Part shown: positions 1 to 8,787 of the stretch, piece after piece
Layout: every line of letters begins with the position of its first letter
Position numbering within the stretch: position 1 is the first letter of the stretch
Assembly (NCBI GenBank): GCA_902762655.1
Contig: CACWOZ010000002.1
Coordinates: 94,743 to 158,742, forward strand
Length of the DNA: 64,000 nucleotides
Direction: 5' to 3'
Source of the DNA: an uncultured Bacteroidia bacterium
GTDB lineage: Bacteria > Bacteroidota > Bacteroidia > Bacteroidales > UBA932
Translations under genes and position numbers: made by a program
The notes under the pieces: generated by a model
What the model was told of the DNA's origin: nothing
Databases searched by the model: none
What the model saw: the letters and a program-made list of their open reading frames with translations, nothing else

Positions 1-2
1 AT

Positions 3-2366
3 TACATAACGCGCAGTTGCGCAATGATGCAGCAGGGTCGCTACGTTGCCGATTTTCTGTACTATTATGGAGAAGATACCAACATAACTGCCCAGTTCAG
101 CCGAAGCTCCCCGGATGTGCCTTTCGGTTACAGTTTCGATTTTGCTGGTCCAGAGGTTCTTCTGAAGGAAGTCAAGGCAGAAAACGGTCGTCTCGTGACC
201 CGCAGCGGTATGCAGTACCGGTCTTTATACGTTGGTGGCGAGGGTTTGCCTGTGTCGGAAGAAATCAGAGCAAGGATAGATGCTTTCCGCAAAGCCGGGG
301 TGCGTGTAGTTGAGGGAGGGGATATTGCGGATGCGGTTTCCGGTATTGATGAGGATTTGCGCCTGGACGATTGCAGCGATTTGCTGTTCGTGCACCGCAG
401 CCACCCGTCCGCAGAGATATACTGGCTCGACAACAGACGCGGAAACGGTCGCAGCGCAAAGGTATCATTTCGTTGCTCCGGCCGGAAACCTATGCTTTGG
501 GATCCTGAGATCGGCACAATGCGGGAACTAAGTTACGAATTCGTGGACGGGCGCACGGTGGTGCCATTGGAATTCAATGCCTGGCAGGCATATTTTGTGG
601 TTTTTGCAGAACCGACAAGCGAACGCTCCAAGCAGGTGCACAAGCCTGTCCTTAGCGCATATTCCAATCTGGAAGGCCCATGGATGCTTGTTTTCCAGCC
701 AGGCCGAGGTGCTCCGGATAGCATTTTGATGCCAGAACTTGAGCTACTTGATCGGCATCCCAATCCGGGTGTGAAGTATTTTTCCGGTACGGTGGTGTAT
801 AAAAATAACTTTGAGTTTGAAAAGGGAGAGGGGCGTTTTGAACTGGACCTTGGAAAGGTTTACAACATAGCAGAGGTAAAACTCAACGGTACGCCCCTGC
901 GCACTTTATGGCGAGCGCCTTTCCGTGTGGATATTACGGATGTGCTCCGCAACGGCACGAACGAAATAGAAATCGCCGTCACCAACCTCTGGCCCAATCG
1001 CCTGATCGGGGATGAGCAGCCGGGTGTCCGGCAGCGTATCACCTATACCACCTGGCCTTTCTATAAGGCCGGGGACCCACTCCTGCCATCCGGGCTGGAA
1101 GGCCCTGTAAGCATACTGTCGTATGATGTTCCGGCAGATTACAGCCATTTTGCCAATCCGGACTTTGCGCGCAGGATTGCTGACGTGCCGGAATTGACAA
1201 GCCAGAATATGTGCCCGTACGATTTTGTGTTCTCGCCTTCCGCCGACACTCCGGCGCCTGCCGGGTACAAGCCTTTCTATATCAGCCATTACGGCCGTCA
1301 CGGGAGCAGGTCGGATTCGAAGAGTGTAGAGGAACGTGCCGAGAAGGTGAAAGGAATCCTTCTGCGCGCGGCACAGAGTGGAGCGCTGAGTGCCGAAGGT
1401 GCCGCCCTCGCTTCCGAGTTGGATGAGGTGATCGCCTGCACCGACAGCATGTACGGGCGTCTCACTCCGCGTGGGCGCAGGGAACATGCCGCAATCGCGG
1501 GACGCATGTGCGAACGTTTTCCGGAGGTCTTTTCGGGAAAGGGCAGGAAAGTGGATGTGATTTCCAGTGAGTATCCCAGGTGCCTCGTGAGCATGGCCTC
1601 ATTTACCAACCGCCTCTGTGAGGAGTATCCGGATCTGGAAGTCAGTCAGGATTGCGGAAGCAGGATCCAGGAAATAGTGATGAACCACCATGATACGCTT
1701 ACCCGCCGACGCGCCAGGGAAATACAGGATTCACTCTTTTCTGCAGCTACGCCGGATTATGGGGTGATGCTCCGCAGCCTGTTCACCGACCCTGCCGTCG
1801 CCTCGGAACTCGTGAAGGATCCGGCCGCCTTTGCGAGGCATATCTGGTATTCCGCGCGTGTCGCCGCTTCTTTCGACCTTCCGCCCGATCTTTACAAACA
1901 TCTTCCACTGGATGTGAGATATGCATTTTCCGAGGCGAACCGTGCCTATATTTATTTTCTCGAGTGCAATTCCCTCCAGTACGGGCATCTCCGCGTCGCT
2001 TCTGTCGAGAATCTGGCTGCACATTTTGTCGAAACGGCAGACGATGCCATAGAGAACGGAACCTTTTGCGCCAATCTCCGCTTTGGGCATGACTGGCCGT
2101 TGCTTGCAATATCAAGCCGTTTCGGAATAGAGGGTGTCGGTGAAAGATATGACCTTGACGGAGTGCTTAAGCACTTCGTCGCCACCGATTATTCACCTCT
2201 TGCAGGTAACCTGCAACTGGTATTCTACCGTTCACGCAAAGCTTCCGATCCGGTGCTTGTAAAGGTGCTGCTGAACGAAAAGGAGCGCCGCATAAACGGA
2301 ATAGAGCCCGTTTCCGGGCCCTATTATCGTTGGGAAGACGTGCGTAGCAAGATCAGTTGCCTGTAG
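3..2366 (+). CDS. 5'-truncated GH106-type alpha-L-rhamnosidase (C-terminal part) fused to a histidine acid phosphatase domain
   Basis: Frame is open from base 3 (YITRSCAMMQQG...) and matches the C-terminal half of 45375..48578 (YGEDTNIT, GKVxNIAEV, VTNLWxNRLIGD, FYKAxDPLLPSGLxGPV). After about 1200 the protein has TPAPAGYKPFYISHYGRHGSR (RHGxR) and LRFGHD (HD), the histidine phosphatase motifs. Confidence 0.85.
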   Translation, partial: YITRSCAMMQQGRYVADFLYYYGEDTNITAQFSRSSPDVPFGYSFDFAGPEVLLKEVKAENGRLVTRSGMQYRSLYVGGEGLPVSEEIRARIDAFRKAGVRVVEGGDIADAVSGIDEDLRLDDCSDLLFVHRSHPSAEIYWLDNRRGNGRSAKVSFRCSGRKPMLWDPEIGTMRELSYEFVDGRTVVPLEFNAWQAYFVVFAEPTSERSKQVHKPVLSAYSNLEGPWMLVFQPGRGAPDSILMPELELLDRHPNPGVKYFSGTVVYKNNFEFEKGEGRFELDLGKVYNIAEVKLNGTPLRTLWRAPFRVDITDVLRNGTNEIEIAVTNLWPNRLIGDEQPGVRQRITYTTWPFYKAGDPLLPSGLEGPVSILSYDVPADYSHFANPDFARRIADVPELTSQNMCPYDFVFSPSADTPAPAGYKPFYISHYGRHGSRSDSKSVEERAEKVKGILLRAAQSGALSAEGAALASELDEVIACTDSMYGRLTPRGRREHAAIAGRMCERFPEVFSGKGRKVDVISSEYPRCLVSMASFTNRLCEEYPDLEVSQDCGSRIQEIVMNHHDTLTRRRAREIQDSLFSAATPDYGVMLRSLFTDPAVASELVKDPAAFARHIWYSARVAASFDLPPDLYKHLPLDVRYAFSEANRAYIYFLECNSLQYGHLRVASVENLAAHFVETADDAIENGTFCANLRFGHDWPLLAISSRFGIEGVGERYDLDGVLKHFVATDYSPLAGNLQLVFYRSRKASDPVLVKVLLNEKERRINGIEPVSGPYYRWEDVRSKISCL

Positions 2367-3384
2367 CAGCCTTCTTGTATGCCACGGTAGCAGTGCACAA
2401 TATCGGATAGTGGTCGGAGATATACTTAATTCCTTCGTATGCTTCGACGACAGTGCGATAGCGCACGGGCGTTATGTTCCTGTACCAGATGTAATCTACA
2501 CTGTTTCTGATTGCATTAGGTATCGGGGAGATGCCATCGAATGAATTATGGGCCCGGTATGTGTCGTATGCGTTCGCAGGGAGGTCCTGCCATGCATACT
2601 TCATCCATGCCATAAAAGGAGCAAAGGGATCCAATCCTTTGTCCTTGTCACTCAGATGCCAGTTGAAATCTCCGGTGAACACTACGGGATCTTCTTCTTT
2701 CACACGGGCCTTGGCATGATCTACCATAGCCTGGGCGCATTTTGTGCGAGCCTTCTCGTTGTTGGTCGCGTTAGCTGCGGCATAATTACGCGGGAAGTGT
2801 GTGGTATAGAAGTACAAGTTGTATCCATGTTCCTTATGCATCAGGTCTACCCAGATATAAGTTCTGTATGTGGGATCATCACAACCGACATCCTGCCATG
2901 CGGGAGATGGTTTGGTGGGGTTGTCGCTGAACCAGTGATAACCCGTGCCCTTCTGCTTGAAAAGGGCCGTCTTGTACATCAAGCAGGTGCCGAAGTTCTT
3001 CTGTGAGGTCGGAATCCATAGTGCTTTATACTCGGGGAGTGCCTGTTGCAGGTCCTGTATTTGACTCTCGAGACATTCCTGAAGTCCGACTACATCCGGC
3101 GACACGTTCCTGAACATACTGAGAATAGCAGGTAGTCTGTAGCTCCATTTCTGGTCTGCAGGGTCGTTATTGTTGGCCCGGAGCACGTTGAACGACATTA
3201 TCTTGATGAGGTCGTATTCGGTCGTATAGTCATCGCCTGGATTGCCGGTGTTGCCGGGATCCTCTTTTTCGATTGGTTTTCCGTCTTTGTCGAAGGCCCC
3301 ATTGCCGTACATGGGTTTATCAGGAGCCTGGCAGTTGCATGTGACTGCAACTGCCAGAGCGATAAATAGTAATTTGATTTTCAT
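2353..3384 (-). CDS. Endonuclease/exonuclease/phosphatase (EEP) family lipoprotein
   Basis: Signal peptide with Cys; motifs IMSFNV, PDVVGLQEC, TGDFN, VDYIW, SDHYPI. Confidence 0.9.
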   Translation of the reverse strand: MKIKLLFIALAVAVTCNCQAPDKPMYGNGAFDKDGKPIEKEDPGNTGNPGDDYTTEYDLIKIMSFNVLRANNNDPADQKWSYRLPAILSMFRNVSPDVVGLQECLESQIQDLQQALPEYKALWIPTSQKNFGTCLMYKTALFKQKGTGYHWFSDNPTKPSPAWQDVGCDDPTYRTYIWVDLMHKEHGYNLYFYTTHFPRNYAAANATNNEKARTKCAQAMVDHAKARVKEEDPVVFTGDFNWHLSDKDKGLDPFAPFMAWMKYAWQDLPANAYDTYRAHNSFDGISPIPNAIRNSVDYIWYRNITPVRYRTVVEAYEGIKYISDHYPILCTATVAYKKAATGN

Positions 3385-3399
3385 TTTAAAATCAAGTAC

Positions 3400-5256
3400 T
3401 TAGTTCTTCACGCAGCGTACGTATGCCGAGTGGATTTCGTTTGCTGTCTGGCTGCTCACCTTAGCTGTAGAAATCTGATACCAGTAGCCGTGCAACTTGT
3501 TGGTTGATTCGTGATCCTGTGACCAGTAACGCCCATCTATAGGGGCCTTAGCCTTGGAAGAATTGCGGTATCCGCAGACAGGAATCACCAGGCTGCCGTT
3601 GAATATGGCAGCTGCTATGAGATTGTTCTCCTCATTCTTCGCACTGGTGGCTTCGACTCCTTCTCCTGTAAGTTTGTTGAACTGCTCTCTGCTGGGAACG
3701 TGATATCCAAAGGGGCAAGGATCCGCTTCTGCAGGCCATTGGTTAAGCCCGCATGCAGGGAAGATGGCTTCGTTCGCTGCGGAAGACACGAGCGTGCAGG
3801 GATTCTGAGCGGCGTTCATAAGCTTGGAAAGATCGGGGTTAAGATCATAAGCGGCCATTTTCCAAGTATCAACGTTAGCAATTCCCGTGTTGATGACAGA
3901 ATAGGGAGTGCTGCCCTCGGCAAAGGCCGTCGTTTCGTCTGCCTTGACGAATCCGAGCGCACCGGGATGTGCATCCTTACGTCCCCACTGGTAGTTGAGA
4001 CCCACGCTGTTGTTGATGGCATTGGCATCCGCATCGTTGACATTGAGCACTCCGCCAGCACCGAGGTTGCGGTCCATGAATTCCACGCCGCCGATATTCA
4101 CGGTGTTGACCTTGTTGGTAAGCCAGATGTGCCAGCCGTAGCTGATCTTGGTGTCAGCGTCAAGCAGGGCAATCAGCACATTACCGAAGGTGTAGTTTTC
4201 GGGAACGGTGAAGTGTATTTCGTCCTTGGTGGAATCGTAAGTGATATCCTTCACGAGCTTATCTACAGATGCCTCTTCCTTGGTTGCCCATGCTCCGGAG
4301 ATTGCCCATACCCATTTGACGGAAGCGCCTTTGGCTATGGTGCCATTACCATCGGGGATACCGCACTTGAAGAAGTATTCGCCTGGAGCGGTAACCATAT
4401 AGCAATTGGCAAAACCGTCGGCTGTAAGGTCGGGATTGACCTCTTCGGGCGTTTCGGAAGAATAAACAGTAGTCTTGGCATTTGTGACGGAGCCCTTGGT
4501 GATGACGACATCCTCATCGTAAGCAGCCATCTGTGTTCCGTCTTCTGCAAAGATAGTGTAGTAAACAGCCGAATAGATTCCGGGAGGTACGACGACATTG
4601 AAAGCCGTAGGAGTATCACTGAGGGTCGCAGTCTCGGAGAAACTGAGTGTAATCTTGTCGGTTGCCGTACTCTTCATGGAGATGGCTCCGCTTCCGGCGT
4701 TGACCGTGCATGGACCTGCGATCTTGAGGGCCTCCACTTCGATGGAATTGACCTTGGCTTCACCGGTAAGTGCGATGCGGAACACGCCGCAGAGCTGCTG
4801 GAAAGATAGTTCGGTAGTGCTGCTCTTGGCAAGCATCGGAAGTGCTTCGGGCACCACTCCGCCAGCCACATAGGTCTGTGTTGCAGGCAGGCTGAATCCT
4901 ATCGTATCCTGCACGGAATCGTACTTGGCATTCTTGGAATAGGGATAGATTGCAACGTAGGAAGTCTGCTCTTCCACCTTTTTGATCTTCGTGGCGAAAG
5001 ATGCGGTTGCGCCATCCACCGAAGAAGCAGCGAACTGCACGTTCAGTTGATGTGCATCGGTAGAGTATCCCACAAAAGCGGAAATCTGGGCTCCTTCTGC
5101 CCAGCTGGCGCCTAGACCATCCACTCCTGAGGCGATGGTACCCTTCAAGTCCAGGACAACGCTCTTATCGTCATCTTTGTTTTTGTACTCTGGTCCTTTC
5201 TTTTCGCATGCGGTCGCGAGCAGGGCCAGACAGGCGATGAATAATACTTTTTTCAT
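3400..5256 (-). CDS. Fimbrillin-like lipoprotein with C-terminal C-type-lectin/FISUMP-like domain
   Basis: Lipobox LATAC; fimbrillin-like N-terminus (WAEGAQISAF, YVAIYPY, LPATQTY, FQQLCGVFRI); C-terminus MDRNLGA, YQWGRKD, DPCPFGYHVPS, RYWS, VRCVK. Confidence 0.75.
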   Translation of the reverse strand: MKKVLFIACLALLATACEKKGPEYKNKDDDKSVVLDLKGTIASGVDGLGASWAEGAQISAFVGYSTDAHQLNVQFAASSVDGATASFATKIKKVEEQTSYVAIYPYSKNAKYDSVQDTIGFSLPATQTYVAGGVVPEALPMLAKSSTTELSFQQLCGVFRIALTGEAKVNSIEVEALKIAGPCTVNAGSGAISMKSTATDKITLSFSETATLSDTPTAFNVVVPPGIYSAVYYTIFAEDGTQMAAYDEDVVITKGSVTNAKTTVYSSETPEEVNPDLTADGFANCYMVTAPGEYFFKCGIPDGNGTIAKGASVKWVWAISGAWATKEEASVDKLVKDITYDSTKDEIHFTVPENYTFGNVLIALLDADTKISYGWHIWLTNKVNTVNIGGVEFMDRNLGAGGVLNVNDADANAINNSVGLNYQWGRKDAHPGALGFVKADETTAFAEGSTPYSVINTGIANVDTWKMAAYDLNPDLSKLMNAAQNPCTLVSSAANEAIFPACGLNQWPAEADPCPFGYHVPSREQFNKLTGEGVEATSAKNEENNLIAAAIFNGSLVIPVCGYRNSSKAKAPIDGRYWSQDHESTNKLHGYWYQISTAKVSSQTANEIHSAYVRCVKN

Positions 5257-5266
5257 AATTCAGCAG

Positions 5267-6976
5267 TTAATAATGTGTTTTAGTGTGAAATATTTTTGGT
5301 CTTGATAATGACGCTTTAAAAACCCGGCCCTCGCGGTTGGTCACCTTCGCCGTAATGGTCGAGGTGGCCGATGATGCCACCGCCCGGTAGATATGCGTGC
5401 ATGGGACGGACTTGTACGAGGAATTGACGGAACCGCCGGTGCTGAAGGCGAGCACATCGTATGAAGCCACATGCTGCGGGTCGAAGCAGTCGGCGTTGCT
5501 GACTGCGAGGGGCGCTCCGTCCTCAAAGATCTCCACTTTTGCAAGCCGCCCCCTGAGGTCGCCCATGAATACGTTCAGGAGAACCGTATTGGGGACGTAA
5601 GTTCCAAACAGTTTCTCGTAAGAGTAAGCAGGATCGGAGGCCACCAGGGCGGCAACCTGGGTGTCGCTGTCCCAGAAACCCTTTACCTCATTCATGTCGT
5701 AGAAGCGCATCTGGTAGTCGTCGGCTTCTCCGATTGCCTTGAAACGAACCTTCATCCGGGTGCCTTCCACCTCCAGGATATCATATCCGGCCGGACATCC
5801 GTCCGTGCCTATGTTGAATCCGCAGTAACGGCTGGTGGTCCAGAGGGTCCCTCCGGGTGGAGGCACGGTATATTCCAACATCTTGGAAGCGGCATAGGTG
5901 AACCCTTCTGCGGCATGGTCGATGAAGTGAGTGATGTGCCTGTGGCCGCAGAATATGCGGACGTCGTCAAAGTCTGACAGGAGTCCGAGAACTTCTTCTG
6001 CGTTGGAAACCACCTTGTCGAGTTTCCATTTCCCGCCCGACATTACGAACCTCCAGAAAGGTGAGTGCCCGGCAAGCACTACCGGGGTGGACTTGCTGAC
6101 GTGTGAAAGGTCTTCCCGTATCCATGAGATCTGGGCGGCATCCACGCTTTCCTTTGGTCTGCGGCCTGATGTGGTGCCGTCGGTGCTGTCGTAGAGGATG
6201 TTGTCAATCACCAGATAGTGCACCTTGCCGATGTTCATGGAGTAGAACAGGGGCCCCAGCGATTTGCGGTATAGTTCGGATGCGTTCAGGTCGTCGTCCG
6301 CCGTCCCCCATACCTTGTAGTCGTAATCATGATTGCCGGCTGCCGTGAAGATGGGATGGCTCGAAGATGCATTGAGACTCTTCCATGCTGCGGGATAATA
6401 CCCTCCCGAATACCAGAAGGAATCCCAGGTGAGGTCTCCCAGCGCCAATTCATAGACGGGCTCAGACGATGCGGCATCCAGGGTTTTCATCTCGGCAAGG
6501 TAACCTGACTTCAGTTCTGCTATGTCGTTGAGACGTCCCGCTATATGCCAGTCGGCGGAGAGAACCATCGTATGGGTGTCGTTTGCCGCACGCACAAGTT
6601 CAAAGTTGATGCTTTCGCCCATCGAGGCATCGTCGGAGGAGAGACTCTTCCAAAATTGGGGGAATCCGCCGACTACCGGTGCATCGTATCCGGATGGAAT
6701 CACCATGAAGACATATCCGTAAGGTTTTCGGGAATCCAGCGAATAGCGCCCGTCGCTTCCTGTAAGCACCCAGGCCTGTCCGTCGGAAACATACACTCCC
6801 TGCACTCCCTTGCCGTCGCAGCGGACAAAACCGCATACGCCCACCTCCGAGGGGTTTTCCCCATCGGAGGCGGTGTCGTCTGCGGACTTCCGGAAGTTGG
6901 CAGGGTCATATCCCAGACCGTTCCCGGAGCAGGAGAATATCAGCAGAGCCGTGTATATCAGTTCCCGAAACCTCAT
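5267..6976 (-). CDS. Calcineurin-like metallophosphoesterase lipoprotein
   Basis: Lipobox IFSC; motifs ADWHI, LGDL, GNHDY, GHSP, GHRH; N-terminal GVxVSDG and C-terminal GTDGCPAGY extensions. Confidence 0.88.
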   Translation of the reverse strand: MRFRELIYTALLIFSCSGNGLGYDPANFRKSADDTASDGENPSEVGVCGFVRCDGKGVQGVYVSDGQAWVLTGSDGRYSLDSRKPYGYVFMVIPSGYDAPVVGGFPQFWKSLSSDDASMGESINFELVRAANDTHTMVLSADWHIAGRLNDIAELKSGYLAEMKTLDAASSEPVYELALGDLTWDSFWYSGGYYPAAWKSLNASSSHPIFTAAGNHDYDYKVWGTADDDLNASELYRKSLGPLFYSMNIGKVHYLVIDNILYDSTDGTTSGRRPKESVDAAQISWIREDLSHVSKSTPVVLAGHSPFWRFVMSGGKWKLDKVVSNAEEVLGLLSDFDDVRIFCGHRHITHFIDHAAEGFTYAASKMLEYTVPPPGGTLWTTSRYCGFNIGTDGCPAGYDILEVEGTRMKVRFKAIGEADDYQMRFYDMNEVKGFWDSDTQVAALVASDPAYSYEKLFGTYVPNTVLLNVFMGDLRGRLAKVEIFEDGAPLAVSNADCFDPQHVASYDVLAFSTGGSVNSSYKSVPCTHIYRAVASSATSTITAKVTNREGRVFKASLSRPKIFHTKTHY

Positions 6977-8775
6977 CTTCCTATATCTTCATAGCCGGGA
7001 TTCTGGGTAAGGGCTCCGTGGGTTGCCTGGATCTGTCCGAGCGGGATAGGCCAGAGGTAATCCTTGTCTTCGTTCCAGGTGTAGGTTTCGGTGCCGTAGT
7101 AAACCAGGTAACCTGAATTGCCGTTAGACAGCGTGATATCGGTGCCGATACGTATCCGGTTCGAAGCGGGGATGTTACCGTTGATGCCGGAAGGCGCGCT
7201 GGCACCCTTGTAGAAGTATGCATCGGGAACCCCGTTGCCGTCAAGATCCTGTTCACCAAGCGCAGAAAGATAGATGCCCTGGAAGCCGGAAGTAGAAGCG
7301 GGAGTTACCCACTTGCCCTCCTTCCAGCGGAGCAGGTCGTAGAGCCTCTGGCCTTCGGCGAAGAGTTCCACCGTGCGTTCCCTGCGCACTTCGAGTATTG
7401 CCGCGAGTTGGGTGCCGGATGCATTCGGATAGTAGGTCCTGAGCAGTGCATCTGGCGAAGTTGGAACGTTCAGCAGGGGCACCACACCGGCGCGGGCGCG
7501 AAGGAGGTCGATGGTTTCCTGCACATCCTTGTTGGTGAGTTCACCAAGTTCAGCCTTGGCTTCGGCATAGTTCAAAAGAACCTCGGCATAACGCAGATAA
7601 GGGAAATCGGTCTCGGATGTGGAACCCTGGTTCTTTGCGTCCGAACAGATGTATTTGATTACCCTGTAACCGCTTACGGTATATCCGAGATTGAGGTTGG
7701 TCGCCGCCGGTGCGCCCTCGGCCTTATATCCGGGAGCCTGGATGGTTTGGGCGAGGCGCGGATCGCGTCCTGCAAACATATCCTTGTAACTCATCGTTTC
7801 CCAACCAGCCTTCGATTGAATCGGGCTGCCGTCAGCGAACAGATAGTGATTGACAAAGCGTCTGGTTGCACTCTGCCTGCGCGATGTGAAGTTGAACTGC
7901 AGGCTGTGGGTTACGTTAAGATCCTTGCTATAGCGCTTTGAGAGAATGGTTTCTTCGGTTTCGGCATTTGCAAGTGTGAAATACTCCCTGTAGGGGCTTG
8001 GCTCGGACGGGTTAAGTTTCTTGTCGTCCTTGTTGTAAAGCGAATATTTGTGGCTGTCCATTATTATGCGGGCAGCGTCGGCGGCCTGGGTCAGGAACCA
8101 GTTGGCAGAAATAACAGTACCGTCCACCGTCTCATCAGGGATGTTGTGGTACTTGCGGAAGGTGCCTTCAAACAGGGCCACCCTGGATTTGAGGGCAAGA
8201 GCCGCATACGAAGACACGTGATACACCGGCTGGGCTGGCCATGCCTTGGGAAGCTTGACCGCAGCGGAATCCAGGTCGTCGAGTATCTTTTTCATTACAT
8301 ATCCGCGGCTGTCTCGTGGCCTATTGAGAGAGGCTTCATCATCTGAAGCAATTACGTGGTCGTAGTATGGAACGGCTCCCAGCTGACGTACCTTTTCGTA
8401 ATAGAACAGGGCGCGGAAGAAGTGGGCTACGCCCTCGTATTTGATGCGGACAGGAGTTTCCGTACACTTGTACGAGTTTTCAAACAGAAGGTTGATGTAG
8501 CGGAGGTTGGTCCAGCTCCAGGAGGCCGCTGACGAGGTGCGCGTTCCCTTCTGCAGCGAACTCGTCGATGTGCAGAAATTGCAGTCGTCGTAAACGTCGG
8601 AGGCGGCATCCTCGTCGGTGAGAAGACCGTAATAGCGGTTGGTCCAGAGTTCAAGTTCCGGCTCACTGCGGAAGTAGGATTCCGGAGAGAGGCTGGTTTC
8701 GGGAACCTTGGTAAGGAAGCCGTCGCAGGCGCTGAGCGCCGCTGCCGATATAATGAGGTATAATATCTTTTTCAT
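6973..8775 (-). CDS. susD: RagB/SusD family nutrient-binding lipoprotein
   Basis: Lipobox LSAC; AHFFRALFY, LRYAEVLLNYAEA, ERTVELFAEGQRLYDLLRWK, LTQNPGY; directly downstream of SusC. Confidence 0.95.
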   Translation of the reverse strand: MKKILYLIISAAALSACDGFLTKVPETSLSPESYFRSEPELELWTNRYYGLLTDEDAASDVYDDCNFCTSTSSLQKGTRTSSAASWSWTNLRYINLLFENSYKCTETPVRIKYEGVAHFFRALFYYEKVRQLGAVPYYDHVIASDDEASLNRPRDSRGYVMKKILDDLDSAAVKLPKAWPAQPVYHVSSYAALALKSRVALFEGTFRKYHNIPDETVDGTVISANWFLTQAADAARIIMDSHKYSLYNKDDKKLNPSEPSPYREYFTLANAETEETILSKRYSKDLNVTHSLQFNFTSRRQSATRRFVNHYLFADGSPIQSKAGWETMSYKDMFAGRDPRLAQTIQAPGYKAEGAPAATNLNLGYTVSGYRVIKYICSDAKNQGSTSETDFPYLRYAEVLLNYAEAKAELGELTNKDVQETIDLLRARAGVVPLLNVPTSPDALLRTYYPNASGTQLAAILEVRRERTVELFAEGQRLYDLLRWKEGKWVTPASTSGFQGIYLSALGEQDLDGNGVPDAYFYKGASAPSGINGNIPASNRIRIGTDITLSNGNSGYLVYYGTETYTWNEDKDYLWPIPLGQIQATHGALTQNPGYEDIGR

Positions 8776-8787
8776 GGCGCAAGTTCT

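Noticed and set aside
3400-5256. Complete diversity-generating retroelement
   Set aside because: No reverse transcriptase, accessory gene or template repeat found in the window.
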